Assembly: GCA_029717555.1 (NCBI GenBank)
Contig: JAMDHS010000110.1
Coordinates: 1 to 63,374 of the forward strand
DNA: 63,374 nucleotides
Source of the DNA: Peribolospora baueri
Lineage: Eukaryota
Reading direction: 5' to 3'
In this document: piece after piece, positions 1 through 10,794 of the stretch
How positions within the stretch are numbered: position 1 is the first letter of the stretch
How the letters are laid out: every line of letters begins with the position of its first letter
Notes under the pieces: generated by a model
What the model was told of the DNA's origin: nothing
The model's database searches: none
What the model saw: only the letters and a program-made list of their open reading frames with translations
Position numbers and translations under genes: made by a program

Positions 1-117
1 GGAAGGATATGGCCCGATCGTTCTTCTCTGGGGCCGGTGGGGGAGAACAACGGAAGGAAGAACAACGAGGGGAATAATGGGATCCGCGAGCGATCGAGAC
101 TGGCGACGAGTGGGAGG

Positions 118-127
118 GTCACGTGAC
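118..127. promoter_or_regulatory. Perfect palindromic E-box GTCACGTGAC (bHLH, Cbf1/Tye7-type site)
   Basis: 10-bp palindrome about 480 bp upstream of the OYE ATG; function inferred only. Confidence 0.35.
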
Positions 128-202
128 TGCCTTTAGCACGTTCGATCATATTATTGCCGTGAAGGCGCGGCCTCGGTTAGAATTAAGGTCAGTTCGGCAC
201 GG

Positions 203-308
203 TTAACTCCGTATGGCACCTTAACTCCGTCGGCAGCATACATAATTCCGTACGGCAGCGCAACTCCGTTGGCAGCGTTAACTCCGTACGTCACTCGCCG
301 TAACTCCA
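203..308. repeat. Six-copy degenerate tandem motif (T/A)AACTCCG with ggcagc/ggcacc linkers, 18-22 bp period; candidate Zn2Cys6 binding-site array
   Basis: Copies: ttaactccg 203, ttaactccg 221, ataattccg 242, gcaactccg 260, ttaactccg 278, gtaactcca 300. Confidence 0.75.
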
Positions 309-608
309 GCACTATAACATGCAGTAATAAAGTTGCTGGGCAGTGGCTTATTGGGATTTGAGATTTTTGACGTTGACGGCTGATCATTGACGCGCTGCGT
401 TGTCGATCATCATTGGCTGAACTTTCCAGGCCACTGGTCGAGCAAGTTCTTTTAGTGACTTTTTCGCGAATCCTTCGCCCAGCAAATCCTTTCGACTTCG
501 TCCAAACTCGCCGAAAGCACCTAGCATTAGTGGAAACACAGGCATCTGACAGGCACAGCCAGGCCCTCAACATCACTTGCTCAGGCACCACCACCAACCA
601 GACCCGCC

Positions 609-2152
609 ATGTCCGCCGTTCCGTCGCCCTCCGCGCCCCTCGCGCTCTACATCTCCAACTATGCCGCGCCCGAAGCGGCTCACCCGCCCGCAGGCACGTT
701 CAAGGACAAGAACGAGAGCGAGCTGCCCAAGCTTTTCCACAAGATCAACGTCGGTCCACACGGTCATGAGCTGGAGCTCAAGAATCGCGCCGTCGTCAGC
801 CCCATGTGCCGTGAGTGATGGGCGCGGCGTTTCTTTCTCCGCTTGGTCCTGCCGCTCGCTCACTTTGTCCGTTCGTCCCGCCGCTCCCTCCAGAGTACTC
901 CGCCGTGGACGGCCACCCGACTCCGTACCACCTGGCGCACCTGGGCTCCTTTGCGCTTCACGGCGCTGGTACGCTCATAGTGGAGGCGTCAGGTGTGACG
1001 TCGCAAGGCCGCATCACTCCCCAGGACTTGGGCATCTGGAAGGACTCGCAGATGCATGCCCACGCCTCGCTCGTCGCCGCCATCAAGAGCTTCTCCCCTG
1101 GCCTCAAGATGGGCATCCAGCTCGCTCACGCGGGGAGGAAGGCGAGCACATGGAGCCCGTTCCACATCGGCCCGAGGAAGGAGAGGAGGTTCGTCACCGA
1201 CGAGGAGGGAGGCTGGCCCAGCGAGGTCGTCGCCCCGAGCGCGATTCCTTGGGCTGAAGGTTGGGCCACTCCCAAGGAGCTGTCCGTCGAGGGGATCAAG
1301 GAGATCGAGGACGCTTTCCTCGCCGCCGCCGATCGCGCTTATGCTGCCGGTGAGCGCTTTTCCGTGGGCGTCGGAAAGAAGCTGGCTGACTTTCCCCATT
1401 CGAACCGCTCCCGATCGCCAGGCTACGACTTTTTGGAGCTCCACGCCGCACACGGCTACCTCTTGCACTCGTTCCTCTCGCCTATCTCGAACCACCGCAC
1501 GGACGCGTACGGCGGCTCGCTTGAGAACCGCGCCCGCCTCCTCACCGACCTTTGCCGTCGCATCAAGCAGCGCTTCCCGAACCGGTCGTTGTGGGTGCGC
1601 GTGAGCGCGACGGACTTTGCGGACCCGAACGAGTTCCCGGAGGGGAAGAGGTGGGATCTGGACGGGACGCTAGCGCTGACGCCGTTGCTCGTCGAGGCGG
1701 GCATCGACGTGCTCGACGTGAGCGCGGGAGGCAACTTTGTGGGGCAAAAGGTCAAGGTCGGCCCGGCGTACCAGGCCGGGTTTGCGCAAGCGGTCAAGCG
1801 ACTTGGCTTTAAGAACCTCGCCGTCGGCGCCGTGGGCATGATGGAGGACGAGAGCGGCAGGCTGGCCAACAAGGTCCTTGAGGACAAGGACGGTGGCGTG
1901 GACCTCGTCCTCCTCGCCAGAGGCTTCTTGACCAACCCCGAATGGTGCGTCCGGCAATTCCTTTTTTCCCCCATTGTCCGCCGCTGACCCGCGCCCTTTC
2001 CACCCGTCATTATCTTCGCCAGGGTGGAGGAAGCAGCTGTGGAGCTGACCGGCGAAAGGTGCGGCGGAACGCCGCAGTACCACCGCTCGCACGCTCCCAA
2101 GCCCAGGGCTGGCTCGTCGGGAGGCGTTCTTCCGCACCACGCCCGCGCTTGA
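609..2152 (+). CDS. NADH:flavin oxidoreductase / Old Yellow Enzyme, YqjM-like class; 3 introns
   Basis: After splicing: LKNRAVVSPMCQYSA, IQLAHAGRKAS, ELHAAHGYLLHSFLSP.SN.RTD.YGGSLENRAR. Introns at about 812-893, 1350-1421 and 1946-2022; stop TGA 2150-2152. Confidence 0.93.
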
Positions 2153-2667
2153 TTAGATCCGATGCCGGGGACCAGGGAAGCGCACGAGCGGTCACCCCGC
2201 TAACGGGCCTAGATGAATCTTGCGTAGAGCTTGGAACAACTGGGGGATGTGGGACGTCCCGCGCTCGTCTTTTAGGAACGGAATACACATCTGTAGACCT
2301 TGTCGGCTGTCGGATTCTGTAGCGAATTGCGAAACGGTGAACCGGACGCAAACGTCCAGAACGCCCGCAGACAAAGCATCCGCACGCACGCCCCAGTCCC
2401 GCCTTGGTCGTTGTGTTCGACACGGTTTGATTTAAGTTAGGCTGTCACCGGACGTGAAATCCGCACGTTCTACTGTACAAATAATATGACAAATCCTCGC
2501 ATGGGAACGAGTCGAATCTCTACGCACCGTACACGCTGGCGTAGGAAGACTAAAGGCAAAGGCACGCGCGGAGGGCGAAGAAGCATGGATCGAGGAGAGA
2601 TGGGAATGGCTGATGGGAGAGAAAAGCGGCTGGGCGCTCTGGCATGCGACTCGACTGTACGCGCGCT

Positions 2668-5600
2668 TCACATGACGAAGAGGCCCTATGAAAGCGCAAC
2701 AGAAGCAAAATTCAATGTCATAGTCTCTTACTCCTCGCTTGTCGCTCCTCGACCAAGCGCCATTACCTCGGAGGCTCACCGTAGTCTGCTCCATCATTTC
2801 CCTGACATCGACCTGGCGCCTCTCGTACGCCTCCTTAAGCTTGATAAATTGGAGCAGCCGAGCTGTCTTTTCGATGTTGGAGCCCCACTTGACGCCCGAC
2901 ACGAGCTGAGAGATGATCCAGGAGACGTGTACCGGGTCTTGGATCCTGGCAAGAAGGACGAGAGGCGTGAGGGGAAACCGCAAAGCCGAAGACCGCACAG
3001 CGATAGCAGCGGATGGCGTGAGCACCTACTCTAGACCGGCGAAGAAGAGCGGCCTTGGCCAGACGCTCTGACTGGTGTCGGGCCTGGCGACACTCAAGAA
3101 CCTCGCGATGTAGAGGATGCGGTGCGCGGCCTCCTGGATCGGTCTAGGCGGCTCGGTGACAAAGCGGGGCAGCTGCACGGAGGAAGGATTAGCACCGAGC
3201 AAAGCCGGGTGGAGGTGTTGAGCGATGACGCGGTTGAAGTAGATGACCGTGGCGTTGTAGAGCGAGGCCACAAAGAGCTGGTTGTACATTTGTGGTGACA
3301 CATCGTCCGTCTCCGCAAAGCTGCGTAGTGAACTGTAAAAGCACAACGCCGTGAGCGGAAGGAAGACTCTTTCGCAAATAGTGACCAGCGTCCGACTCAC
3401 GGCACCGCCCATTGATCCAGGCTGGAGCTATCGTAGACGTTTTTCAGATCGTAGATTTCTTGCCACAGAGTTTGTGCCGTCTCTTGAATGTTGGCGATCT
3501 GGCGGAACGTGATGGCGGACCATGGTCAGACGCCGCCGCACGTTCAAGTACCTCGATCCCAGGTCAAGCGCCCCGACGTCTCACCTCCTTCGCCTTCTTG
3601 GCCTCGGCCGTCGCATGTGCCTTCCTCAGCGCGCCGTGCAACCTGGCCACGCGGCAGGTGAGGTAGTTGACGCCGAGGAAGCCGATAAAGCTGGACGTGT
3701 CGGAGAGCATCTTTTGCGGCGGCGTCGAGCCCGAGTCGGCGACCATGGTGACGAGCGCGTGGGCGTAGTCACCCGTGCCCACCGCGAACTGTCAAAGTCA
3801 AAAGATCGGTCAACGGCCAGTCATTTAATCACCCCAAGCTGGAATATGAACTCACGACAGCGGATCGAACGTCAAAGACGGCCATGATGATAGCGACGCG
3901 CTGCACGAGACTCGAAAGCTGGTACCAGCGTGCCTTTGCGCGTCGGAGGAGGAAAGCGGCGGCTCGGAGGAGGTGGAGGAGCTCGAACGGTCCTTCGTCA
4001 CGGAAGATTTCGTACTGCACAGGAAGGGGAGGCGTGAGAAGACCGGCCAATGGCTCACTCCCCTCTGATACGCCCTCCGACACCCGCTCACCTGACAAGC
4101 CATATGGAGCTGTGGGATATACCGCTCCAAGTCGACGACAGAAACGCGCTCCAGCTGGGAAATCTCGATCATCATCCGCGTCCGGCTCGTGAGAGCCTTG
4201 TAGGTCGTGCGGAGCAGGTGCGGGTCCCGACTTGGCGCACCGGTTGCGGTGACGAGACCAGGGACAGCGATATGGGGGCCGAAAATGGCATCCTCGGGGG
4301 AAGACGCGTCCGAGTTGGAGGGCGAGTCCGAGTCCTCCACGCCGTCCGCCGCCGTGATTGCAGATAGGAAGCCGGATGCGGCGGCGGCGGATGCAGACCA
4401 GTTTCGCGCGGTCGCCTCTTTCTTCCGATTGGCGATCCACCGCTCCATGTGCAGGGCTGACCAGGCAAGCGTCTCCTCGAACAGGTGCGCGTTGAAAAGC
4501 GCCTTGGAAAAGATGGAGGTGTAGAGGTTGGTCACGTTCTGGTCCTTGACCTTGGACCAAGGTGAGATGTGTTCGAGGAAATGGGCGATCAGCCCCGCGT
4601 CCTCCTCGCGCAGCTGAACGGGGGAAAGCGTCCGGGAAGCGGGAGCGGTGAGCATGGGCATATACGTCACCGGCTGTGGAGAAGTGCTCGATGCCAGGGC
4701 GAGAGAGGTCGGAGAGGCGGTCGAAGAGGGTCCGCCGGATTTACCCGAAGCGACGCCCGTGGAAGGTACGCTTTGCATGACGTCGGCGGAGGGCCCGCTT
4801 TGCAGAACGTCGTTCGCGCCGTTGGCCCCACTAGCCTTGCCAGCAAACGACAGATGCCCCCATTGACCGCCGTCGAGAGTCGTAGAGGACGTATTCGATC
4901 CCGGGACGGCGGACGAGTCGGCCGTTTGCGCAGGCGGCAACGGCTGGAGTTGCACTCTGGCATGAGGCACTGGTTGACCGAGCCATGGCGCGGGCGGCGT
5001 AGCGTTGAAGAAGGGTGCAGGATGAACGGAGGTGGGCGGAGAAAAATGGGAAGTAGCGGGAAGGGCGGCGTTGGGGGCGCCGGAGGGTACTCTGCGGAAA
5101 GGGATAGGAAGAATGGAGATGGAGTGAGACGAAGCGCAGGGACGAGAAGGAGCACGAGAACGTACGCTGTCCAAGCGAGTCCGTCAAGAAAGAGGTTATT
5201 CCAGTCGCCATTAGTGTAAGTGTCCGGTGGAGCGGGAGGTGGTATCGGATCGGAGGGATTGGGCAATGGCGGCTGAGGGGGTGGGACCTCAGCAGTGGGC
5301 AAGAAAGCGGGTGCAGGGAGTTCGGAGACGGTGGCAGAGTAGAGCGAGTCTCCATCCATGCTTGGATGAGCGGCGGGGGGGAAAGAGCAGAGGGGGTCAC
5401 CATGTACGGCCGGGCGCGAGGCGGGAGGAAAAGGGTAAAGCGGGTCTCCATGTATGGGCGGGTGGGCGTACGAGGTAGATGCTTGAGGGCCGGCGGTGCC
5501 GGCGCGAAGGACGTCGGCGTTGCGGTGCTCCTGTGGCCATCGGCAGGCAAGAGAGAGACGCTCGCAGTTACTGCAGATGAACGAATCCTTGGGGCAGAGC

Positions 5601-5866
5601 ACCTTTCGGGATCGACACGTCAAACATCCTGGGTTGTGGGCGGTGCATGAAAGGATGAATGCGTGTACGAGGCCGGATGAATGCACGGTGCGGCCGCCGC
5701 CGTTCGCAGCGTCCTCACCGTTTCGCGTCCTTTTGAACTTTTTCCTCTTCGACGGCCCGGCCTGGTTGTCGGAGGGAGGGTTGCCGGCGGCATCGTGGGT
5801 ATCGTGTGGGGCGTTGCGAGCGGGCGGCTTGCGGCTGGTTGAGGGCACGGGGGTGTCCGTGCCCAT
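2668..5866 (-). CDS. Zn(II)2Cys6 transcription factor with C-terminal fungal TF domain; multi-exon
   Basis: KRTRN|GCLTCRSRKVLC-x6-CSNCERLSLACRWP. Downstream helical exons (LIAHFLEHISPW, ETLAWSALHME, WPRPLFFAGLE). Last exon GLFVM-stop inferred after a GT..AG intron. Confidence 0.88.
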
Positions 5867-7217
5867 TCCGGTGGCCGGAGCGGGGGGAAGCAGGTATGCA
5901 AGAGGAGGAAAGAGAGGCGAGCGGAAGAGAGGGTGGTGGACGACGATGATCACGGGAGTGGGAGCAAATAACCGAGGCTCGGTGAGGATGGAGATGGAGA
6001 TGGAGATGGCGACGAAAAGGACGACGACGACGGGCTGGCGTTGGCGTCGGCTTCGGCCTCGGCGTCGGTGTTGCGTTCGCGACGGTCTTCCCTTTCCGGT
6101 GGCCACGATCTATCGGAGGAATCGGACCGCATCATTTCATCCGTCCCCCTTTCTCTCCACCACCGGCGCCCGTCTTCTCTCCCTCGCAACGCCGCGCAAC
6201 CACGCTCGCCTCTAGAAACAGGGACCTAGCGACGACGACGACGAACAGAAAGACCTCGCCAAGGACGCTTGGGACAAGAACAAACAGCGCACACGTTCGC
6301 AAACGTGCGACGGATGAAGGTGGGCTTACGGCCGCCGGCGTCGACCAAATATAACCCTATCTCGGCCAGCCTGACCGGGCGGGCACTGAAACGTCGTCGA
6401 AGCTCGCCAAGACTTCTAACTCGCCCATCCTCCTCAGCGCAATCCACTGCCAATCTCGGTGAGGATGTTGGGCGCGTTGTTCTTGAACGAGACCGATGCG
6501 GTGATTATCTCTCCCGATACTCGCTTTCGCCGTCTTTGTGGACGACCTAGTGTTCATTGACCATGCTTTCGCGAAAGAGAGGACACGAAGCGTTCCCTCT
6601 CCACCAACTCTGCGATGCCCAACCTAGAAGATTGCAACACTTCCGCGGATCTGGCATCACTCGAGATGGATCGTCGCGAACCCATCCATATTTTTCAAGC
6701 GTGTATACGTGCTGAACTAGCCAGACATTGTTTCGCTGACTCTCGTCCAATCTCGACGCCTCTGGATGTTACTAAGCCGTGAAGAGGAGGGAAGGACTTT
6801 GCCTTCTCCAGAATGCCGCGACGGCTCTGCTGTAAACATTTAGGGGGAGATCTCGTGGGCGCACGAGCGAACGCGGCAGCATATGACGCGATGGCGCACA
6901 TACATGCGGGCATCTACTGACTACCACTATATGATGGTAAGGCCAAAACGAGAACTAGGCACACACGGTCATCCACCGGAGCTGCCGCGCCGCAAGATTG
7001 GCAAGAGGTCGATGGTGGTCTTGCTCGGATGGAAATGTGTTAAATGAAATGTGCTTTCTACGGAGAATCGCTGTCAGGGATTGCTCCCTATTCAGGTCGT
7101 CGGGTGGCAAGGCAGGAGGAACAGAAGGGGTTGCACCAGGAGTCGACACCGAACCGAGACAGGAGGAGGAAAGGGAGCAAGGAAGCAGAGAGGCAGGACA
7201 AGACTCAAGGACCTGAG

Positions 7218-7632
7218 TGATGACAAAAGTATCTCCAGCTTGGGGAAAGGAGAGGTGGAGGCCCTGTCGGGCCCCCTACATATACAAGGCAGTTGTGTCA
7301 TCTCGGATCGGAGGCGGCGTTTATGACAGTACCCCGGGGCTAAGCGCGAGCTCCGCGAGCGCGACTGAGGCTGGACGGGCGCTGGGGGGCGGCCGTGTGC
7401 GAGGAGAGCGGTTGACATAGGCGTTTTGAACCGGGCTTCTGGGGGTAGGCCGTGTGGAAGTCGATAACAAGGGCATCATCATCGTCGAAGTCGCGCGCAT
7501 CCACCCAAGAGCGCTCCTCAGGTCCATAGCCGACCAATCGACGAGGTACTGGAGCTGTCGACGGCGAAGACGGGAGTCGAGGATCTTGGCTACTTCGTAT
7601 TCTTCTTGACCAGTCTCCGTTCTGATGACCTG
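7218..7632 (-). mobile_element. 3' remnant of a chromodomain-bearing Ty3/Gypsy element: frameshifted chromodomain, degenerate PPT region and LTR start
   Basis: [24 protein letters not shown]/(1-bp frameshift)/[15 protein letters not shown]...[10 protein letters not shown], then stop, GGGGTAC|TGTCATAAAC (TG start at 7328). LTR end uncertain. Confidence 0.8.
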
Positions 7633-7639
7633 CTAGAAG

Positions 7640-8397
7640 TGGCCTTGGAGGGGGTACTACTAGTGGTTACAGAGGAAGGTCCTGAGGTAGGGAGGGTACT
7701 GCTACGCAATCGCCTCTCCACTGCTTGACCATTTCTTGTACAGTCGTTGAGTCATGAGTATTAATAACATCATGTTGACTGCGCAGGAAAGCCTCCTCTT
7801 TCTGGCCGCTGAGACTCGGGAAGCGGAGTTCAAGCGGATTTGATCTATGGAGCTACGAAAGCGTTCACACAGAGTCCTGATATGGGTCATAGACATCTGG
7901 GAGCACTTGAGCCATAGCGGTGAAGGGGGCTGCCTTTTCGCGAAGGCTTTGGGCCAGCTGCTGCACTACTTTCTCCTCCTTTTGGAGACAGGTGAGGAGC
8001 TGAAGCTCCTTTTGCCTCGCCCAAATGAGTTTGTCGAGAAAAGTAGTTCGGCAAGCGTGGGCCGCTAGCTCCATATCAGAGGTTACAGAGGCGATGTCTT
8101 ATGTAGGGTCGGGCAAAGTCTGAAACTTGAAGAGGAGGCAGTTTGACTGCGTTGGCGATCGCTGGGGGATAAACCCCAGTGGCTTTCGCTGTTTCCAGCT
8201 CGGCCATGCCAGCCTGTACGCGAAAGCCCCTCAACACGTTGCTGGTGTAAGCAGCAACGTGCTCCTTGTAGGTTTCAAGGAAAGAGGGGGGTACCTCTAA
8301 CTGGGACAGCCAGGCTGTTCACCAGGTCTTCCTCCATTAGGGGATCGACAGCGAGACGCTTGTTACGGCGTTGGATGGCGGGGGTGGCGGTGGTCAT
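7640..8397 (-). pseudogene. Decayed helical/coiled-coil ORF, probable ORF1 of a downstream tandem Penelope-like unit
   Basis: ATG 8397 MTTATPAIQRRNKR, in-frame TGA at 8319-8321, continuing through frameshifts (VYPPAIANAVKLPPLQ; LDKLIWARQKELQLL; Ser/Thr-rich tail). Lies directly after the ribozyme and telomeric dimer. The ORF1 identity is inferred from position. Confidence 0.5.
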
Positions 8398-8451
8398 TGC
8401 GCGCCGGAGAGTGGGAAGGGGTGGGAGAGAGCCGGAGGTCGGCTTTTATCG

Positions 8452-8463
8452 AGGGTTAGGGTT
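8452..8463 (-). repeat. Telomeric dimer (AGGGTT)2, read as AACCCTAACCCT on the retroelement sense strand
   Basis: agggttagggtt at 8452-8463, about 75 nt downstream of the ribozyme. Confidence 0.65.
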
Positions 8464-8536
8464 TTGTCGTCAACTTGGGGCTGCCATGAAGTTGCTGCGA
8501 ACCAAAAAAACTAAGCCGCAAGAGAAGAAAGAGCAA

Positions 8537-8574
8537 GCTGCGACAGTGTTTCGCCCGAGGGCTCGTCAGGCAGC
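8537..8574 (-). ncRNA. Minimal type I hammerhead ribozyme
   Basis: Minus strand reads GCUGC CUGACGA GCCC UC GGGC GAAAC ACU GUC GCAGC: 5-bp stem I, CUGANGA core, 4-bp stem II, GAAA core, very short stem III and GUC cleavage triplet. About 60 nt after the RT stop. Confidence 0.9.
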
Positions 8575-8632
8575 AACGATCAGCTCTCTCCCTTGCGGTG
8601 AGGCGCGAAAGTTTCACCGTGGGAATACCGGG

Positions 8633-10720
8633 TCACGTCGTGATAGACGTGAGCGCCGTGTCACCTGATTGATTAGGTGACGTACCTGCGGTGAGTCGCG
8701 TGGCTAGTTCATTAGGATGAGGGTCATAATCCAACTGCACGCGTTTAACGCGATGCCCCTGGATGGATCTCTTGTTTGACGCGTTGAAGAGGTCACCGAG
8801 GCTACGTGTTTTCCTTTTACAATTGATGATCCGAGTGCCCCGAGGGACGAACCCGAGATCAACCCATTGGGAGAGGTAAGGGTCCCAGACGGGACGCAAA
8901 TCGACTGCATCCCAGATGGGGTTGTAAAAGGTTTTGAACACGAGTCGTGGTGGCGGTTTCGTAGCGTCGCTCGTCTCTCTTTCAGCCGGGTGTGCGTGTG
9001 AAAGGGCTCGCTCGCGGAGAGCGTAGTAATTGAGACTGAGGAAAACCTTCCTGAGATACCGAAGGGGATAACCCCGCGCTCGGAGTCTCTGGAAGAAGAG
9101 ATCACGTACCGATAAGTAGTCTGCCAGTTCTGAAGCGTTACGGATGTACCGCGTCAGTTCGGCCTTAATGAAGGCCGATTTGACAGCTACTGGATGGTAG
9201 GAGGACCAGGGGATGTATTGACAGGCGTTAAGGCTCTTCTTGAAGGTTCGGGTTCCGAAACCATCGTTGGAGAGGTGGGTGAAGGGGTTGGCCTCCACAA
9301 ACACTTCCACATCCAGGAATTCAAGCTTTGTGAGGGAAGCTTTAACGCTTATCTTAAGCTGTGGGTGGATACTTGCCAGAAGCGAGCGAAGAACGTCGAG
9401 GACATCATTTTCGTTCCGCTGGTTGCTTGTGAGGGCAACCATGGCGGAGATATCGTCAATGTACCTGGCATAGTACAACACGTTTGCCTGGAGAAGCAGC
9501 TCCGAGGTGAGCTGTTGCTCGTGCCACGCCATGAAGAGGTTGGCGTACGCTGGTGCGCAGCTAGGCCCCATGGCTGTTCCTCCGATTTGCTTGTAGGTAA
9601 CCCCGGAGAAAGTGAAGTAGTTGTTCCAGAGGACTTGGGTGAGCAAGGAAAGGATGAGATCCTTTGTGCCTTGATCGTACCCAGACTTGGAGATGACAGA
9701 GCGTGGTGTTGGCAACCCTTCCTGGGTGGGAATGGAGGGATACATTGCCTTAACATCGCCAGATACAAGGTAAAGCCGCAGCGTCGGCAAAATTTGCCGG
9801 GATAGGTTTGTGATCCCTCAAATTCCTTGGAATCACGGAGAATCCAGGGGTAGCCGGGCAGAAGCGGTTGCAGCTTATAGTCGATCCATGCAGATGCCTT
9901 TGACCAGAAGGTATCGAATCCAGGGACGATGGGGCGTCCGGCGATGGGATTTTTATGGATCTTGGGAATCAGATTGAACTGCGGGAGGCGTAGATCATTT
10001 CCGGTCAACCTCGGAGGAGAGTAACCACTTCCTTTCTTGGGAGGAAAGGGAAGACCGGTAAAGCTCTGTGAGGCGTCGGAGGGTAGCTAGCCAAGCCCTT
10101 GTGTTAGGGTTTGTAATGGCATAGACAGCTCGATCCCTCAGTTGCCTTTGCGCTTCGTTGAAATACCATGTCTCGGAGACAATGTTATCATTGGGGAGCA
10201 CCAGAGTGTCTCCATCTGATAGGAATTCACGAAGAGCAGTCCAAGTCTTTTTACCGAGGTTTGGGGCCGTTGGAAGACGATTTCTGGCAGCGGTATGAAT
10301 CGCTGTCATCAACGCAGAACGACCGACAGCGAGGCTGCGCTCAGAACGGTGACTTTGTTTAGGAGCGGGGGTCTGGCTGGGAATGTGAAACCTTGGGACG
10401 AAAGGTTGAACATCTGGTTTATCGCGGAAAAACCATCTCCAGCGAGCGCGTCGTTCGAAGTCCTCAATAGAGGTAGTCCATTCGGTGTCTGACATTCTAG
10501 GTTTCGGAATAAACTTCATATTGAAAGCTAGGGTCCGTTTGACTTGGAGCGACAGAGGTTTACCCGCAATGTTGTGTACCTCATTGTTTTTGACTAGGGT
10601 GTCAATAAACAAGGGGGACGAATGCCGGTATACGAACTTTGCGCGCTCTGCGGGTGTAAGAGCGAAAGGAGATGTCTGAATATGTAGCCATTTTTCTCAC
10701 ATTAAAGTGAGGGCCTACAT
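8633..10720 (-). mobile_element. Penelope-like element reverse transcriptase, no endonuclease seen (Coprina-like); frameshifted
   Basis: VHN..LS..L...KFIP, IPKIHKNPIAGRPIV, LVSGDVKAMYPSIP, KQIGGTAMGPSCAPAYANLF, YARYIDDI, LEFLDV, YIPWSSYHP..K..FIKAELTRY, RLRARGYP. Split over three or more frames; no GIY-YIG motif seen at either end. Confidence 0.9.
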
Positions 10721-10794
10721 ACCGAGTGGAGGACTTTTTGGGGTCCTGTCGTCCCTTTCCTCTCCTTCCCCCACCTCCGCCAGTTTTCTTGGTG

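Noticed and set aside
203..308. CRISPR-like array
   Set aside because: Units are only about 9 bp of conserved core with short, similar linkers; eukaryotic context and no cas genes.
6200..7150. Missing kinase C-half / RNA ligase part of the broken RNA-repair gene
   Set aside because: The ORF translations and the frames I read show no ligase motifs (KxDG, GEW); left as unassigned decayed sequence.
7622..7640. Second hammerhead starting at CTGATGA on the + strand
   Set aside because: No stem II followed by GAAA, and it overlaps chromodomain-proximal coding sequence.
8633..9790. Telomerase, group II intron or LINE reverse transcriptase
   Set aside because: GTAMG, YIDD and the YIPWSSYHP thumb are PLE-type; no APE domain, TERT T-motif or YADD/maturase features.
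10103..10112. Telomeric repeat gttagggttt inside the RT
   Set aside because: Single unit within coding sequence (TNPN); expected by chance.
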